Shown here: one piece after another, positions 9,273-18,102 of the stretch | How the letters are laid out: the number at the start of each line of letters is the position of its first letter | Numbering within the stretch: the first letter of the stretch is position 1 | Virus record (IMG/VR): IMGVR_UViG_3300049988_000124 | Location: 32,001-96,000 of that record | DNA length: 64,000 nucleotides | From: a virus | Taxonomy: Duplodnaviria > Caudoviricetes | Direction: 5' to 3' (one strand) | Translations under genes and position numbers: made by a program | Notes under the pieces: generated by a model | Told to the model about the DNA's origin: nothing | Databases searched by the model: none | What the model saw: the letters and a program-made list of their open reading frames with translations, nothing else

Positions 9273-9809
9273 TTAGAGACCGAGCTTGGACTTGATCCGG
9301 TCGCCCATGGCACCCGGCAGGTCCTTCTGGATGCGACCGGTCGCATTGACCGAGACGCGGATACGACCGTGGGTCGTCTTGGTCTGACGCTCGCCGTTGC
9401 CGTCGGCATCGCCCCGGAAGGGAATGTTGTTCACCGTCTCCGCCGAGACCGTGACTTCCGTCTTGCCGCCCGGAGTGGGCAGGCGCACCGTGGTGCTGAG
9501 ACCACGACGGGTCTCATCGTTGCTGAGCTCGTCCTTGCTCAGACCACCGATCTTGTCGTGGAGATCCTCCTCCGCGATCAGTGCCGCCGCCGTCGTCGCG
9601 TTGTCGATCGCGTTGGTGACCCGCTTGAAGTCCTCGCCGCTGACGCCGACGCTCAGCATCGCTGCGCTGAAGCCAGCCTTGTTGACCTCGCGAACGCCGT
9701 TCGGCTTGACCTGCGAGTGCTCCAGGAAGGCCGACTTGATGTTCTCGACGGGATCGCCCGAGACGGCGGGATCGGCCTGGGCCTGGGTGGCGGTATCGAT
9801 ATCTGCCAT
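9273..9809 (-). CDS. Hypothetical protein, probably highly expressed
   Basis: 178 aa with capsid-like strong GC3 codon bias, GGAGAA RBS and its own terminator. Confidence 0.75.
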   Translation of the reverse strand: MADIDTATQAQADPAVSGDPVENIKSAFLEHSQVKPNGVREVNKAGFSAAMLSVGVSGEDFKRVTNAIDNATTAAALIAEEDLHDKIGGLSKDELSNDETRRGLSTTVRLPTPGGKTEVTVSAETVNNIPFRGDADGNGERQTKTTHGRIRVSVNATGRIQKDLPGAMGDRIKSKLGL

Positions 9810-9828
9810 GGTATTCTCCTGTATACGG

Positions 9829-10020
9829 TTAACGATTTAGAAAGTCAGTCAAAGGAACAAGGGTTGGCTTGTTCTGTTGGACCCAATCCTCAGCGTCCTC
9901 AACGTTGTCGGGCACTTCGACAATGCTGCTCTCACCAGCATCGATGAGGGTACCAGTTCCCTGATGGTAAACCATTATGGCCATGATGACTCCGTTGAGC
10001 AAACTATAAGTGATGGGCAA
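9829..10020 (-). CDS. Small hypothetical protein
   Basis: 63-aa ORF; the start may be the internal ATG near 9987. Confidence 0.45.
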   Translation of the reverse strand: MPITYSLLNGVIMAIMVYHQGTGTLIDAGESSIVEVPDNVEDAEDWVQQNKPTLVPLTDFLNR

Positions 10021-10029
10021 GGTTGAAAT

Positions 10030-10440
10030 TTAATGCTTGTTACGGCACGCGATCGTGTCGAATTGCATCGGCGGAATGACGCCGAGGGCAACGTGCGCGG
10101 CCAGGATAACGTTTGCCAGGCTCATCGGTACGTCCGTTGCGACTGGACCCTCGTTATCATCCAGGAGGTCCGACTGATAGTCGTAATAGGCCAGATCATC
10201 CTGACGGATGGTGGCCGTGACCTTCTGGTCGTCGTTCGAGAACTCGATCTTGGACACGCGCTTGTCGTCGTCGAGCGTGTACTCGACCTTGAGCGGCATG
10301 CCGTTACCAGCGCTGCGTACTTCAGCGGTGGTATCCGAAGGGGTACTACTCGACAACTTTGTCGACAGGATTTCCTGTGAAACAGGACTTCCTGTTGCTA
10401 CGTCGTTCTCAGTTTCTGCCATAATGAATTTACCTTTCAT
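10030..10440 (-). CDS. Hypothetical early protein
   Basis: 136-aa ORF (likely start MAETEN near 10422 with an AAAGG RBS), downstream of a TATATTAC motif. Confidence 0.65.
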   Translation of the reverse strand: MKGKFIMAETENDVATGSPVSQEILSTKLSSSTPSDTTAEVRSAGNGMPLKVEYTLDDDKRVSKIEFSNDDQKVTATIRQDDLAYYDYQSDLLDDNEGPVATDVPMSLANVILAAHVALGVIPPMQFDTIACRNKH

Positions 10441-10498
10441 TCAAGCGCTTGAGTGAAGATAAGAAACCATATGGTACCTGGTCTCTAACTTCACTTTG

Positions 10499-10506
10499 GT
10501 AATATA
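10499..10506 (-). promoter_or_regulatory. Early promoter motif TATATTAC
   Basis: Exact intergenic match upstream of 10030-10440. Confidence 0.7.
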
Positions 10507-10511
10507 GCTGC

Positions 10512-11210
10512 TCAGTTCTCTTGAGATTTCTGGGTGAACTTCTCCCATGCTTTCTGCCAAGGCCACCGGTCATCGACAATGGTTACGGTGACATGTAAAT
10601 CTCCTCTCTCACCTGTCGTGGTTTTCAGACCAACATTGTCAAACACGACTTCGTCACCCGACTGGATATTGAACCTCTCATTATCGAAGCTAATGTTTAA
10701 ACCAAGAAACATCGGATACTCATCAAGATGAAAAGACATCTTTTTCTTCTTGAGTTTAGACAGGGGAACATCAAGCGAGCACTTGAGATTTTTACCCTCA
10801 ACAGTGAAATGCTCATCAGGCAAGAACACAACGCTGAGCTTTAGAATCTTGTCGGGGAGTTCGTACTGGAGCATGTCTCCAGGAAGCTTTCCTGGATCAA
10901 TCTTCAGCAGGTGACCTTCATGGTTAATGATAGTACCGTGAAAATTTGACCAGAGTGTTGTCTGAACAGTTCCTAACCACACTGTTTTACCGTTCTGCTG
11001 AACAGTGGTTTGCGTAAGTACAGTGTCCATCGGTTTGCGCTGAAGGATAGCGTCGTAGGCTTCGGTGACTCGTGTGAAAATCTCAGTTGCTTCGGGATTG
11101 TTCTGATTGTGATCCGGGTGGAGTTCTTTGGCTAGCTTGCGGTAAGCTTTCTTGACTTCATCGTCGGATGCCTCAGGTGAGACACCCAAAATAGCGTAGC
11201 GATTATTCAT
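10512..11210 (-). CDS. J-domain (DnaJ/CbpA-like) co-chaperone
   Basis: N-terminal J-domain YAILGV...VKKAYRKLAKELHPD (HPD motif) plus a degenerate DnaJ C-terminal region (GERGDLHVTV). No zinc finger. Confidence 0.88.
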   Translation of the reverse strand: MNNRYAILGVSPEASDDEVKKAYRKLAKELHPDHNQNNPEATEIFTRVTEAYDAILQRKPMDTVLTQTTVQQNGKTVWLGTVQTTLWSNFHGTIINHEGHLLKIDPGKLPGDMLQYELPDKILKLSVVFLPDEHFTVEGKNLKCSLDVPLSKLKKKKMSFHLDEYPMFLGLNISFDNERFNIQSGDEVVFDNVGLKTTTGERGDLHVTVTIVDDRWPWQKAWEKFTQKSQEN

Positions 11211-11234
11211 GAGTGTTCTCCCAATTCCAATACG

Positions 11235-11242
11235 GTAATATA
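11235..11242 (-). promoter_or_regulatory. Early promoter motif TATATTAC
   Basis: Exact match 25 nt upstream of the J-domain gene. Confidence 0.7.
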
Positions 11243-11356
11243 CCTTTGTATCTTTATTGATTTCTCAAAGGGTAAACCAGCGAAGTTAATTACCACCCCT
11301 CTTGCTGGGATGCTATTGATCCAAACGAATAAACGTTTTTATACAAGGAGACTGGC

Positions 11357-13894
11357 ATGCGCGTAGCCAGCATGATCTTGAGGGACTTTGTTCCCTTCAA
11401 GGACGCAGGTATCAGAGAGTTACAGGTTACCTTCAGCGAGAAGGTACAGATTGTTATCGGCACGAATGGTAGTGGTAAGAGCCAGTCCTTGAAGCAGCTC
11501 TCCCCCATTCCCCCAGTTCGCTCCGTCTTCGGTAAGCAAGGCTTTAAGAACACCGTCTACGAGAAAGGCGGGATCTACTACCGCCTGGAGTCCGAGTTCG
11601 AGAAGCCATCTTCTCCCCATCTCTTTTTTGAAGGAGACAGTGAGGAGAATCTCAATCAAGGTCGTACCACCGAGACCCAGCGCGAGCTCATCGCCGAGCA
11701 TCTAGGGATTACACCGCTCATCAACGACTTGATGATGAACAACTTCGTCTTTCCCAAGATGACCGCATCGAAGCGCAAAGAGATCTTGATGCAGATGAAC
11801 CCGGATGATATCGGGTTCGTGCTACCGCTTCACCGCCAGACTGCCTCCAAGGTAAAAGCGTGCCGGGCTAACTTGGCTAGGCTGACGGAGCGCAAGATCA
11901 TGCTCGAGCAGCAGTTGATCGATGATGAGAGCATGGAGGCGCTCCTTACCGAGAAAGATCAGATCGGTCAAGAACTCTCCGGGTTCCAGCAGATCCTCAT
12001 GAACCTGGAAGTAGGGACGCGCACCCTGGGTCCAGTGGGTGAGGTTACCCTGGCTCATCTCCCGGAGATCAAGCAGACGGTACGGCGTTGTCGTAACACC
12101 TTGATGACCCTCTCTCACGTTACCCGTGATGATCACAAGCGACAGATCAAGCGAGAGAACATCTTGTCCGCGATCGCTGTTTGTACGCAGCAGATCACCG
12201 AGAAGGATGAGGAGATCGGTCGTCTCTCAGCGGATCTTCAGGAGAAGGAAACTCGCTACCGAGAGATTGCCGTCGATGGTGATCTAAAGATCGCTGATCT
12301 GACGATTGACCGACTAGAGGCTGAAGTAGAGCGCCTGCAAGTCTCGCGTCCTCCTTTTGAATTGTCGCAGCAAGACTTGGATCAGCGCTACGAGGATCTG
12401 GACCGTATTCGTGAGCAGTTACTCATGTTCGCCAATCTCACGGTTCCCCTTCTTCCAGCCAAGCGTCGTCAACACCGTGAGCGGTTACTGCAGAACTTGC
12501 AGTACCGCCAATCTAGTCTCGGAATGAGGCAGTCAGAGCTCGAGACGCAATATGAGGATCTATCGCGTCGTCACAAACTCAGCCCCAGTGATATCCCCGA
12601 TGCTCCTTGTGCCAAGAATGCCTGCCCGCTCTACTCGCACTTCATGTCGCGCTTCGAGACCACAGAGGCCGAGCGGGTACAAGTAGGTCACGCGATTGCG
12701 CGTGGACAGCGGCGCATTGCTCGCGTGAATCAGTTGGTCGGCATGCTCGCTACCTACTTTGAGCAGTCACGCCCTTACACCGATCGTATCCAGTGGCTGG
12801 TGAACCAGGCTCAAGGTAATCCTGTTCTCCACCACGTCCTGCGACAGATTGACATCTTGTCGGTACTGGCTAGTTCACCTAACCGGATCACTCGTCTTCT
12901 CCAAGAAGCCTATGATCACATCGGTCAGTGGTTGAAGCTAAAAACGGTACTCGCCGACCTAGAAACAGCTCATGCGCTTAAAACGCGTCAGATTAGCTCA
13001 GAGGACCACGATACCATTAAACTGGTGTCTGCCATTGAGTCTACCAAAATGTCGCTGTACGAGCTTCGTGAGGGCATTGAAGAGCTATCTAAGCGCAGGG
13101 TCACGCTTAGCATGGATCTGTCGCACCTCATTACCTTCGATGAGATCAAGAAAACCATGCTGGGGATCCAGCACCAATACGTCACCACCATGCACGAGAT
13201 GGCAAACGGACACGAGAAAGATCGACTGTCTATTCTTCGCAGAGGTGTTGAGTCAGTACGTGATCGTCACTTCCTTCGCATGAGTGAGATTGAGAGTGCG
13301 CTTCGCAATCAGTCCATCGTGCGTGGTCGCTATGAAGAGGAAGTCGTCTCCCAGATCCTGATTATCGAGAAAGAGCTCCGGGACCTAGAGATCATCGTTG
13401 AGGCGCTCACGATCATTCCGAAGGAAAACATGATCGGCTTTATCAACGATATCTTCGTTCAAGCCAATAGCCTCATTGACAAGATCTGGACGGTTCCCCT
13501 AAAGATCGAACCGCTCTCGATGGATGATACCTTGGACTATACGTTCAAAGTAACAGGGGACAATCAGTCAGAGCGTGAACTCAGTGAGTGCTCAGAGGGT
13601 CAGACAGAGATTCTGTCACTGGCTATCAATCTTGCCATCAGGATTGTGCTGCAGCATTTCGACTATCCCTTGATGCTCGATGAGACTGGACGCACCTTTG
13701 ATGAGAAGCATCGCCAGAACCTCATCACGCTCCTGAAGCGACTAATGGATGACAAGGTCATCTCCCAGTTGTTCCTAGTCTCTCACCATGCCGCTATCCA
13801 TGAAGCATTCACCGATAGTGAGACCATGGTGATCCGCGAAGACAACATTGTTCTTCCTCCGGGCGGGTACAATCAACACGCAACGTTTAAGTGA
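11357..13894 (+). CDS. sbcC: SbcC/Rad50-like ATPase
   Basis: Walker A GTNGSGKS, long coiled coils with a central Cys hook-like CAKNAC, signature CSEGQ, Walker B LMLDE and H-loop VSHH. Confidence 0.88.
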   Translation: MRVASMILRDFVPFKDAGIRELQVTFSEKVQIVIGTNGSGKSQSLKQLSPIPPVRSVFGKQGFKNTVYEKGGIYYRLESEFEKPSSPHLFFEGDSEENLNQGRTTETQRELIAEHLGITPLINDLMMNNFVFPKMTASKRKEILMQMNPDDIGFVLPLHRQTASKVKACRANLARLTERKIMLEQQLIDDESMEALLTEKDQIGQELSGFQQILMNLEVGTRTLGPVGEVTLAHLPEIKQTVRRCRNTLMTLSHVTRDDHKRQIKRENILSAIAVCTQQITEKDEEIGRLSADLQEKETRYREIAVDGDLKIADLTIDRLEAEVERLQVSRPPFELSQQDLDQRYEDLDRIREQLLMFANLTVPLLPAKRRQHRERLLQNLQYRQSSLGMRQSELETQYEDLSRRHKLSPSDIPDAPCAKNACPLYSHFMSRFETTEAERVQVGHAIARGQRRIARVNQLVGMLATYFEQSRPYTDRIQWLVNQAQGNPVLHHVLRQIDILSVLASSPNRITRLLQEAYDHIGQWLKLKTVLADLETAHALKTRQISSEDHDTIKLVSAIESTKMSLYELREGIEELSKRRVTLSMDLSHLITFDEIKKTMLGIQHQYVTTMHEMANGHEKDRLSILRRGVESVRDRHFLRMSEIESALRNQSIVRGRYEEEVVSQILIIEKELRDLEIIVEALTIIPKENMIGFINDIFVQANSLIDKIWTVPLKIEPLSMDDTLDYTFKVTGDNQSERELSECSEGQTEILSLAINLAIRIVLQHFDYPLMLDETGRTFDEKHRQNLITLLKRLMDDKVISQLFLVSHHAAIHEAFTDSETMVIREDNIVLPPGGYNQHATFK

Positions 13895-13924
13895 TAGAGA
13901 GGAGGGCATCAGCCCTCCTCTCTA
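13895..13924. terminator. Bidirectional hairpin terminator between convergent genes
   Basis: TAGAGAGGAGGGC-ATCA-GCCCTCCTCTCTA, 13-bp stem. Confidence 0.8.
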
Positions 13925-13932
13925 CCTTTAGG

Positions 13933-14805
13933 TTATTCTTGATTCAGGTAAGCGCTGACTGAGTAGCCCACCAGTCTACCCTGCGTTATTCCCATCATGT
14001 CTGCAGAAATACACCCAACCATTAGACTAAGATTGAGTATACCCGTTGCTCGATCCAGAGTTGCCGTAATATCGAACCTGAGGGTAACGAAAGAGCCAGC
14101 AGGTATTCTTGAAGCAATCGCAGATGAGTCCATCTTACGCTCGCGTGTACGATTGTTCATCACGAACGAGATCTGAGAATTGATCTCTTCGTGCGATTTA
14201 TGCTGCAGATTCGAAGGAGTTCTAAACACCAATGGTTCAGATTCTGAAACCTTGGGGAATGTTCCCTCACCAATGTCACCGGGAACATTTACCTGGAACA
14301 CTCCTTTATGACCATCCTGGTCGGTCAGTTCAATCAAGAGTGTATCCAGGGTTACTCCTGGGGCTATAAAATTAGTTCGGTCGAGTTGACGAAACCCATA
14401 TTCGACCGGGGAGCGTGATAGATCAAATAGTGATACATCTACATCTGGCTTATAGAAAGCAACGTCACCATCTAGAAGATAGATAACGTTACTGACATCA
14501 TTCTCTCTTCGAGGAATGATCTTCATCAGATCACGCTGAGGCCCGCTAGTGATGTTGTGAAAGGCTGTAAGTTCGTAGCTAGTTTTACTACGTCCTTCAC
14601 CGGTCTGAAAATCATGGTTGACGATATCTGACTCTAGATTAATGTCAAATTTAAGCTCACCATTTAAGTTGTGTACGGCTGAGACATTTCGTATTGCTAC
14701 CTCAATCGCTTGGTTAAGATCATCTGCTAGCCGATTGTCTCGCATTAGTGCGGGGAAATTACCGTTGAAGAGGTAGGATACATCGACTTTAAGTTTGTTA
14801 GCCAC
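13933..14805 (-). CDS. Hypothetical protein (possibly structural)
   Basis: 290-aa ORF with GTG start and GGAG RBS. Confidence 0.6.
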   Translation of the reverse strand: MANKLKVDVSYLFNGNFPALMRDNRLADDLNQAIEVAIRNVSAVHNLNGELKFDINLESDIVNHDFQTGEGRSKTSYELTAFHNITSGPQRDLMKIIPRRENDVSNVIYLLDGDVAFYKPDVDVSLFDLSRSPVEYGFRQLDRTNFIAPGVTLDTLLIELTDQDGHKGVFQVNVPGDIGEGTFPKVSESEPLVFRTPSNLQHKSHEEINSQISFVMNNRTRERKMDSSAIASRIPAGSFVTLRFDITATLDRATGILNLSLMVGCISADMMGITQGRLVGYSVSAYLNQE

Positions 14806-14841
14806 ACTGCTTCTCCTTCAACACCATTGACCAGATACAGA

Positions 14842-14890
14842 CAAAAAAAGAAACACATCCTAAAGGGGGAGCATTACGCTCTCCCTTTAG
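14842..14890 (-). terminator. Terminator: hairpin followed by TTTCTTTTTTTG
   Basis: Stem at 14860-14890; CAAAAAAAGAAA at 14842-14853. Confidence 0.75.
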
Positions 14891-14898
14891 AGTGGTAG

Positions 14899-15168
14899 TC
14901 ACAGGTGATATTTAGCAATCTCTGTTCCAGCATTGCTGAGTACGTAGACATCAGCACATTCCAGATCGTCGAAAGTCAGCGGTACTCGAGGAGCGTCGAA
15001 CGCAATGCTTTCACCGAGCCGACCGAGAACAACTTTCTCGCGACCCGGAACCACGCTGACGTCCTTACCATGGAGAGTGAGCGCTCCTGGTTCATACTCT
15101 ACTCTATCACAACAGTAGATGGTCTGCTTACCTTCCAGCTTCTCGACCCGTACGATCAACATAGTCAA
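14899..15168 (-). CDS. Hypothetical protein
   Basis: 89-aa ORF with AAGGA RBS, directly after the HD gene. Confidence 0.6.
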   Translation of the reverse strand: MTMLIVRVEKLEGKQTIYCCDRVEYEPGALTLHGKDVSVVPGREKVVLGRLGESIAFDAPRVPLTFDDLECADVYVLSNAGTEIAKYHL

Positions 15169-15176
15169 TTCCTTTC

Positions 15177-15878
15177 TTAGAGTTCTTCGAGTAAGTCCTT
15201 GATGAACTGTTCCATGCGACCAAAGAGGAGTTTGCCCTCGATTTGTCCCAGTGGAGTCTTCAGGTTATCGACGAGTTTCACCAGCTTGACGTAATAGTGA
15301 TCAAGAGTGTAAGCAATTTCGTCTGGCTCCCGGTTGAGCGCAGTGGGGTCGGTAGGATGAAAGAGTGGACGACCCATAGCACCGCCTGCTGCGAACACCC
15401 GAGCTATCCCTAGTGCTCCCAGCGACTCCATTCGGTCAGCGTCCTGAAGACACGCAGCCTCGAAACTCTCAACAGCAATACCACCGGTCCAGCTATGAGC
15501 TTCAATGGCGTTGCGGACAATTAAACTCTGGGTAGACTCGTCTCGAAGAAAACCACGATGGTAGAGAAGATCGAGCGCTTTGCCCGCTGACCAGATCGAC
15601 GCCTTAGAACGATTGGGGCTGTCTTTGGGTACGTTGACGAGATCGTGGAGAAGGGCTGCTACTGCAATGGTTTCCACATCACCTTTTGGTGTACCAGCCG
15701 GTGGTCTTTGTCCGTACCACACAGCCTTGCGTACTACTCGCAAGATGTGATCTTTATCGTGAACTACATCACAGTCCATGTTGTCGAGAATGTCAACGGC
15801 TGCTGCTGTCATCGGAGAGATTGCAGCAACTTCCTCGAGTGTCTTGTACATAGCGCGATAGGGGTTGAGGATATTCAT
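15177..15878 (-). CDS. HD-domain metal-dependent phosphohydrolase (YedJ-like)
   Basis: HDKDHILRV, LLHD, IEAHS and LQDADRMESLGALGIARVF. Confidence 0.9.
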   Translation of the reverse strand: MNILNPYRAMYKTLEEVAAISPMTAAAVDILDNMDCDVVHDKDHILRVVRKAVWYGQRPPAGTPKGDVETIAVAALLHDLVNVPKDSPNRSKASIWSAGKALDLLYHRGFLRDESTQSLIVRNAIEAHSWTGGIAVESFEAACLQDADRMESLGALGIARVFAAGGAMGRPLFHPTDPTALNREPDEIAYTLDHYYVKLVKLVDNLKTPLGQIEGKLLFGRMEQFIKDLLEEL

Positions 15879-15929
15879 GAGATTAAAACCCTTTGTCTAA
15901 AATGAGTCATGGAATAGATCATCAAAGGG

Positions 15930-15937
15930 GTAATATA
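15930..15937 (-). promoter_or_regulatory. Early promoter motif TATATTAC
   Basis: Exact match 52 nt upstream of the HD gene. Confidence 0.7.
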
Positions 15938-15971
15938 TAGATTAACTCAGATGACATAGGGGGGACGACCA

Positions 15972-15995
15972 CGAGGAGGGTGTTACCCCTCCTCG
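15972..15995 (-). terminator. Hairpin terminator
   Basis: CGAGGAGGGT-GTT-ACCCCTCCTCG just downstream of 16003-16347. Confidence 0.6.
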
Positions 15996-16002
15996 CAGTA
16001 GA

Positions 16003-16347
16003 TCAGTCTTTCGAGGGAACGAGATGTTGTGGAAAAGAAACGTCGGTGTAGCGAACAGGGAAGAAGTCGTGATGTAGAAAAAGACCATTACCCAGCTGAT
16101 AACGTGCAGCTGTAACTACCTCGGCAATACCACCGGTCACACCACCGCAAGGAAGCGGAGTATCGGCGATACACATCAGGTTGTTAAACATCCACTGTGA
16201 ACCGGTGGGGGTGTCAATGCGCCTGATAATGGCAGACGCGCGCGTGAAGCTGTGCGTGCTACCGACGGTTTCTTTGTGTTGGATCAGAAGAGCATCACCT
16301 CTGACGTCATTGCTCATCTGCTGGAGTTGACTAGTTAAACGACACAC
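16003..16347 (-). CDS. Hypothetical protein
   Basis: 114-aa ORF; the start may be the internal MSNDV. Confidence 0.45.
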   Translation of the reverse strand: MCRLTSQLQQMSNDVRGDALLIQHKETVGSTHSFTRASAIIRRIDTPTGSQWMFNNLMCIADTPLPCGGVTGGIAEVVTAARYQLGNGLFLHHDFFPVRYTDVSFPQHLVPSKD

Positions 16348-16401
16348 GGGATGGATACCTCTTTGAGCCTTAGGCTATATCATTAGGTACCCACCCAGTC
16401 C

Positions 16402-16779
16402 TCAGTCGGCCGTACTAGTATCCATGGCCATGAGTTTGTCCAATACGCCCGGACGCATGACTTCGATTGCATCCCAGATGTTGGAGATGACCTCTGCTGG
16501 CATATCGCGCTCACCGCTAATCATCTGCTGGAGAATCTTGCGCTTCACACCGATGCGCTGACTAAGGGGACGCACACCGACTTTAGTATAATCGAGAAGA
16601 GTCTGGACTGCGCCCACGGCCGAGGTAGGTCCACCAGCTGCTGCTGACTGGGAAAGGATCTGATGCTGCTGGATCTTGGAGGAGATCATGGCAGGGCCCA
16701 GATGCTCCAGGCTAGCGCGCATATCAGTCTGCAGCTCTTTCTGGAGAACGGCAACTTCGTTATCGTGGTGATCAGTCAT
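16402..16779 (-). CDS. Putative HTH (XRE-like) DNA-binding protein
   Basis: GVRPLSQRIGVKRKILQQMISGERDMP resembles an XRE helix-turn-helix. Confidence 0.5.
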   Translation of the reverse strand: MTDHHDNEVAVLQKELQTDMRASLEHLGPAMISSKIQQHQILSQSAAAGGPTSAVGAVQTLLDYTKVGVRPLSQRIGVKRKILQQMISGERDMPAEVISNIWDAIEVMRPGVLDKLMAMDTSTAD

Positions 16780-16830
16780 TGTTGTCTAAAACCTTGAAGG
16801 GTGTCTCTGTAGGATATTGTGTCAAATGAG

Positions 16831-16877
16831 CAAAAAAGAAACAGGTATAAGAGGGAGGGCTGATGCCCTCCCTCTTA
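16831..16877 (-). terminator. Terminator downstream of phuZ
   Basis: TAAGAGGGAGGGC-TGAT-GCCCTCCCTCTTA (13-bp stem) plus CAAAAAAGAAA at 16831-16841. Confidence 0.85.
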
Positions 16878-16889
16878 CCTTATCAGATC

Positions 16890-17930
16890 TTAAAGGAACA
16901 GATCACCCGCACCAGCAGGCGTGTTCAGCCGGTCGACTTGACCGTAGTTCTGAGCCTGATCGATGTTCTGAACGCGCTCCACTGCATCAATGACGCTGTC
17001 CACCGCCTTGATGTCACCAGTAACCTTGCCGACGATGGCACGGCTATTCTCCTGATGAAAGCCGACCTTCTTCATCCGGCTCATGGGGAGCTCGATACCA
17101 GGCAGTGATTCCTCACCACTGTTCTGGATAATGAGAAGCGAGTCGACGATCTCGGGCGAGTCCTGACCGATGATGATCTGCGGATCATCCGGGGTCTGCT
17201 CAGAGACCAGCTGCATGAGCTTCAGACCAGGCTTGGCTCCGACGACCTTCAGGGGATCGATGAAGTTCAAGCGGTCGTTGCGGTCCACCTCGTAGAGCGG
17301 CTTGGTGAGGAGCTCGATAAGATCGCCCACCAGTACCTGCACTGCCTTGTCCACGCCAGTACGACCCTTGGGGGTATCGTTGGAGAGGATGATGGCGGGC
17401 AGGTAGAGACCAGCGTTGTTGGCGATGGCCGACATGGTCTTCAGGGTGTTGATGGTGTTCTTGGCCGCGATTGTCGAGCTGGTGTCCGTGACGACGATCA
17501 TGACCACGCGCATACCGCGCCGCGCATAGTCACGCGCGATGACTGGAGCGATGACCGAGCCCGAGCCACCAGCGCACGAGGAGATCACGATGCCAACATC
17601 GGCAAGACCGATCTCTTCGTTGGTGAAGGCAGAGACCACGCGCTCGATGTCACGCGCATTCTCTGAGCGGATGGACCCTGAACCATTGCCGTTGGTGACG
17701 ACGTTGACGCGCTCCTCGTAGCGCGAGTTCGCCATCGAGGTATCGAAGTTCAAGACAGTGGCCTCAGCCTTGCCGCCTGCAAACATCCGACCCAGGTTCA
17801 TGCCACATCCACCGCACGCGGCGATGGTAACCTTGACGACGGAGGGCTGTGCCCGCTCGGGCTGAGCGATGATCGCAGGCGCGGACTGCGAGGACGTGTT
17901 AACCGGATCGGGGGCGCGAAGATCGACCAT
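16890..17930 (-). CDS. phuZ: PhuZ phage tubulin
   Basis: ACGGCGMNLG (T1), FDTS, GNGSGS, tubulin signature CAGGSGSVIAP (GGGT/SGS), EVDRNDRLNF (T7-like), and a short hydrophobic C-terminal tail GDLFL. Confidence 0.9.
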   Translation of the reverse strand: MVDLRAPDPVNTSSQSAPAIIAQPERAQPSVVKVTIAACGGCGMNLGRMFAGGKAEATVLNFDTSMANSRYEERVNVVTNGNGSGSIRSENARDIERVVSAFTNEEIGLADVGIVISSCAGGSGSVIAPVIARDYARRGMRVVMIVVTDTSSTIAAKNTINTLKTMSAIANNAGLYLPAIILSNDTPKGRTGVDKAVQVLVGDLIELLTKPLYEVDRNDRLNFIDPLKVVGAKPGLKLMQLVSEQTPDDPQIIIGQDSPEIVDSLLIIQNSGEESLPGIELPMSRMKKVGFHQENSRAIVGKVTGDIKAVDSVIDAVERVQNIDQAQNYGQVDRLNTPAGAGDLFL

Positions 17931-18062
17931 GGTGATAATCCTTAACTGATGTGTGAAAATCTATATCATCCAGTCTACCGGGGTAGATAAGAATAATAGA
18001 ACCAACAACGTGTGAAGTGAAGGAGATGTGTCTCATCGACACAGCGTTCTACCTTCACCTCA

Positions 18063-18070
18063 GTAATATA
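18063..18070 (-). promoter_or_regulatory. Early promoter motif TATATTAC upstream of phuZ
   Basis: Exact intergenic match 133 nt upstream of the phuZ start. Confidence 0.65.
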
Positions 18071-18102
18071 AGGATGAAACCACCATGGTTATTTGGGAGC
18101 GT

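Noticed and set aside
8746-9947. Plus-strand ORFs 8746-9270, 9369-9947 and 9397-9840
   Set aside because: They overlap better-supported minus-strand genes or terminators and have implausible composition.
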